Assembly (NCBI GenBank): GCA_036172245.1
Contig: JAYWIR010000007.1
Location: 372,001 to 436,000, forward strand
Source: Raillietiella orientalis
Taxonomy: Eukaryota
DNA: 64,000 bases
Reading direction: 5' to 3'
The notes under the pieces: generated by a model
Databases searched by the model: none
The model's input: the letters and a program-made list of their open reading frames with translations, nothing else
Told to the model about the DNA's origin: nothing
Shown here: positions 59,401 to 64,000 of the stretch, piece after piece
Position numbering within the stretch: the stretch's first letter is position 1
Layout of the letters: every line of letters begins with the position of its first letter
Program-made: the position numbers and the translations under genes

Positions 59401-62400
59401 AGCGGCCCTGCCGGACGGCGGCCGCGAACCGTGCCGTTGCGGGCGAGGCGGCCGGCAAACCGGCGCGGTTCTTCTGCTCTCCACGCAGCGGACGGGGGTG
59501 AGGAAGGGCCGGGCGACTGCGCGCAGCCGACGCACGGGCGGCGCGGACGCACCGGCTAGCCTGCGAGGTGGAAGAAGAGCCCGTAGAAGCTGCCAGCAGC
59601 ACCCCACTGAGGTCTTCCCTGATAGGCGCGTTCTTCCCGCAGTCGTCGATATGCAAAGCGCAAGAGCAGCGGCCACACGGATCCAGGAATTGATCCATGT
59701 GCCCCGCTTCTCCTGCTGGTAAATCGCTCTGTGCCGCACGCGGTTCGGTAGGACGCCAGGGGGAAGGGGGGAGGAGATTGGGAATTAAAAAAAAAAAAAA
59801 AAAAAAAGGCAAATGAATAAAAGGGGGATCGCGGGCCCTATGCGTGAGAGAGAAGCGGGAATGTGAGGGAGAACTGGCTGCTGCGCGATCCCGGCAAAGC
59901 TTCTGCAAACCGCCGATGTCGTCGCTCCCGTCGCGCTGCGGAGGGAAACCGGTCGGGAGGCTGCTGTTGGCCGCTTCCACCTTTCGGTTTCTGGCGTTCC
60001 TCCTCCCCCCTTCGGAGCGCCTGCGGGGTATCGGGGCGCAGCCGGAGCCCGGCACGTCCCAGGCCCGCCGCTTCTTCGGCCGCCAGACAACAAACGTGTT
60101 CCCGAGTGCGGGCTTCCGCTGTGCCGCAGGCGGCCCACGCGAAGATCTCCAACGCGCCCCTCCCTCACGCGGGAAGGCGCGCGCGTGGAGCGGAAGTAGC
60201 CCGTCGACCTACTCCGTGTCCCGGAAGAGCGCGCGGAGACCCGCCGCAGCCTTCCTTGCGCTTCCCGGGCGACTGGTTCACGCGACCCGAGAATCTTCCG
60301 ATGCCACCCCCACCCCCACATCGCGAAAGGACCGGACGACGGAGCTACCCCCAAGCAGCCGGAAGGAAGTGCGTCTCTGCCGGAAGCGGCTGTCGGCTTC
60401 CCCCCGTGGTGTGCAACAGCTCCTACGGTGCTCCCTCGGCTTTACCCGCTCCCGGTTGCTCTCACGGGCCACCACCGGTGGAGCGTCCGTAACGATCCGG
60501 AGGAGGGGACGGCGCTCGTCGTCTTGCCCCCCCCCCAAGGCTGAGAGAACGGCGGGGCAAGTTCCGCAGCCGAGTGTCCGTCGTCCTGCACCTGCGCGCC
60601 CGCTGGTGTACGGCCGCGTTTGAACGAACGGACGAAAGCAGCGCCGCTCAGTCGCGCATGCGCCCCCCAACCTGAGGAGGGTCACGTGCGTCCGCCGGGA
60701 TGACGCGGACCGTCCAGCAAGCAGCCGGCCTCGCGCCCAAGCTCACATCCAGAAGAGCAAAAAGAGGGGACGCGCAACCCGCGGATCTGCCCAATGCAGC
60801 AGCTGCTGGCAACTGCAGCGCCGCCTTTGCTCCCGCATCGGGAGCACGAAGGGAAAGAGGGCGCTCCGTGAAGGAAAATCCTTCTGCTCCCGTGGCTTCC
60901 TCGAGGGCCTCGGGACGCCGCGCGCCGACGCGAAAACCCGCTCGGGAGGTTGGTGGGATCGAAAGAAGAACATGGTTGATGTGCGTCTCCCTGCGCAAGC
61001 GGTTGTCCCTCATGGAAGCCTCGCGCTCCCGGATTAGGGCGCGTGCCCCGCTTTCGAAACGAAAGGGATCTCCGAAAGGCTTCGAGCAGAAGGCGAAGCG
61101 CTGTAGATTTCCTCCAGGAACGGGTTCCCTTTCGAATCCACCTTCCCCTCCTCCTCGCCCTGGATGACTGTCCGGCGAGTGGCGCGCTGCTCGAGATTCC
61201 AGACACGCCTCGAAGGGGGAAATGAATCCAGGAGCGGTTCCGAGGATGCCCTCGCAATGCTTCTTCGGGTACTCGTCGTCGCGCGGAAAGCGAATCTGGA
61301 CGGATGCACGCGCTCCTCCGGAACGTCAGGTTGGACCGAAAGATTTTCGGCAAACCGGGAGATCTCGGGAAAAAGAAAACGCCCCATCCGCCCTAGTCCG
61401 GGACCGGGATTTCGGTTTCTAGGAGTAGGTCCGACTCGGCCGTTGCCGGTTCGAGAGTTCACCAGCGTCCACACGTGAGAGGCCAACGGAGTTCCCGTTT
61501 CCCCGAGGGGGTGGGGGGGACTGGCAAAATCGGCAGGGCCCAGCGGAAGGCGCACAGAGGCTGTGCGCGTATCGTTTGCCCCCCCACCCCCACCCAGCCA
61601 AGGTCTGCGCTTCCCACAAGACCCGGGGGGTTCGACTTCGCGAATTCCCAACTCGACGTTCCTTCCGTAGGGGGCGACCGGGAGCACCGTGGGTGCTCCC
61701 CCCCCCCACCGCGTCTTCGGTGTCCGCCACTCGGTCACGCGGGTCTCCTCGGTCACGAGCCCTCGTTGAACTTGTCGCTGCCGGGCACGGATTTGTCCGA
61801 CGACGGACTTTGCTGAACAAATCTGCTGTGCAAACGCGCTTATGGCAAGTAATCCGGCGTGTCCCTCATCGGCGGTCTTCCGAGTCGCTCACGCAATGAT
61901 AAGCCGCTCTTGCACTCTTGTGCAAACACTGGGTACTCTTTTACCCGCCATATACATGTGTGTGTGTGAGCTTTGAGAAATTCTTGTGATACCTTTGTTT
62001 CTTCCGATTCTAAAAAAAAAACGTTCGGAAGAATTGTGTCAGCGACGACCGTTTCACAAAGAGCTCACCGTCGAACCGGACGTCAGACGGTCAGTCGAGT
62101 CGGTGCAGACACACCGCCGGATGCGCCGCATCCCACAGGAGTGGGGCGGAGGAATCTTTTCTGGAGAACGACGGCCCCCCGCCAACGTGCACGTCCGCGG
62201 CGTGTCTCCGGGGCTGTTCCCGAGAAGATTCCAAAAGTAAACCTCTGCGGGCTGTCGAATCCAGCGAGCGCCTCCTGTCACAACCTGCTTCCTGTCTTCC
62301 AGGAACCGTCGCTTTTGTTCGCACCAAAAACGATTGTGCACTTGAAATCTTATCTGGCGCCAGTCAATTTCCCTATGGCCGAAGACAACTCGCGCTAAAT

Positions 62401-62882
62401 ATTCCTACTTGAAGGTGCGAAAGCGTCCTCCAAGAAAAAACAAAAAACGAGCATTCGGTGTTTCTATTCCTAGCCCGACGGTACCAGTCGGATCCAACGT
62501 GCATCATCATCTCTTTTCTCACTGTGCTCTGCAATTTCGAGGATCTCTTTTGCGATTCGAATTCGCGCTTCGCATCAACTTCCGAAAATAATCCTGTGAA
62601 GAACGGGAAGGTGAGGATGGAGCTGACGAGAGTGGTGCTGCAAGACTTTTTTCGTGTGTGTTGGCTCCCGTGCTCGGATTTGTCGGAGCAACTGCTTCGG
62701 AAGACGTTCGCGCTCAGCGTCAGTCGTTTTGCCCGCTCCGGGGTCGTATATCCTGGCGGGAAAGGGAAGAAAGGGGGGGGGGGGGGGGAGGAAAAAGCCC
62801 GAAAAATAGCTCGTTGACTTTTCGTCGTACGTCCAATCTTGACCAACAGACCACTCGCTGCCCTCCTCCTCGGCCACTCTTC

Positions 62883-62906
62883 CTGCTGCTGCTGCTGCTG
62901 CTGCTG
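62883..62906. repeat. (CTG)8 microsatellite
   Basis: Direct reading. Confidence 0.9.
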
Positions 62907-64000
62907 CCTCAAGGGACCGCAGCGCTTCTTGCATTCACGGACGCGTTCTCGCTGTCCACCGCCGCCATCATCGGAAGGCTATCAATAACTCGCACAAAAC
63001 GGAGATCAACAAGGGCGCGTCGTGCCGTGTGCCCACCATTGTTGTCCCGTGTCTATAAATAGTCCCTACGCCCGAGTCGTGGTCAATCCAGCTACGTGTT
63101 CCAAAGGCATGAGTGGTGGTGGTGGTTGTTTTTTTTCCACGGTTATGTGCGAGTGTGTGCGTGTGTGTTTTCCACGGTTGTGTGCAAATGTGATGTTGGG
63201 ATTCGACCCACGTCGATCACGGTGAAATGTAGGGCGAGTCACGAGTCGCGCGTCGTCCGTGTGATGCATCTTCGTGCCATAACGGTGGCGCTTTCAGCTT
63301 TTCCCATAGCAAAAGTGAGAGTTGCCATCGCGATCGGAGTGGAAAATTCGAAAACCGGAAAACCGAGCCAGGGAACCAACCGCCCCCCCCCCCCCCTCCC
63401 CGACGCGCGCGCGCGAGAGAGGTCTTATTTGCCACCGAAACGCTTTCGCGTAGCCATGGCAACGACAGCAGGAGCCCGCCTGGTCGGATGCACGAACGCT
63501 TTTAAAACCTAACCGAACGCAAAAGCAGGCAGAATCACAAGAGGGTTTCGCCGGTCGTTAAGTGCAGGTCACGGAAAACCGACCGCTCGGTTTCGGATGG
63601 CGGTGCTCTTTCTTCCTCCGCGTGCGTCGAGCACGTGCTCGATGGACATTGGAAGCCTCCACGGTGCGAACCACCGAGCGGCTCGTCAACCCGCGGGGTC
63701 GCCGGGGTAGGAAGAAACCTTTCACCAACGGGGTTTTCTGATGACACAAAATACTTTCTGCGGCCCCCTCCTCCTCCTCCTCCCGAAAGAGGGCCACGAG
63801 AGCGAAGGTCGAGGGATTGGTGGAAGGAGGGGGGGGGGGGACGCAGTCGCTGCGCAGCGTGGGGAGCAGCCCTCCCTGGCGTCTTCGCGGCTCCACGGCG
63901 ATCCGGGTAACGGCAGAAGGCAGGGATGACGACGGAACGCCCCACGCGAATCGGAAAACACTCCTCTCCGCTGCTGTCCAGAGCCCACCGGATTGGTGGG

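Overview
GC-rich, CpG-rich eukaryotic (animal, most likely protostome/arthropod-like) genomic DNA with many homopolymer runs and microsatellites. Most ORFs in the supplied track are GC-driven noise. Two genes on the + strand are well supported. (1) A complete 12-exon crossveinless-2/BMPER gene at 17370-26343, 706 aa by my splice model, with signal peptide, 5 VWC, GDPH-VWD, C8 and TIL domains. (2) A Shab/Kv2 voltage-gated K+ channel with a T1 exon at 33761-34480 and an S1-S6 exon at 40907-41750; its C-terminal exon(s) are unresolved. The Kv2 region also contains what look like heavily decayed DIRS/Ngaro-type tyrosine-recombinase retrotransposon remnants and a diverged ~300-bp inverted duplication spanning 2.65 kb. 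Other points of interest: the start codons of both genes overlap the stop codon of an upstream ORF (CGATGA); Cv-2 has a displaced cysteine in VWC1 and lacks the basic heparin-binding motif; and Kv2 has a mixed state at known A-to-I recoding sites. I see no convincing wholly new biological system, and no rRNA, tRNA or CRISPR array. Homology calls rest on my recollection of family sequences, not on database searches.
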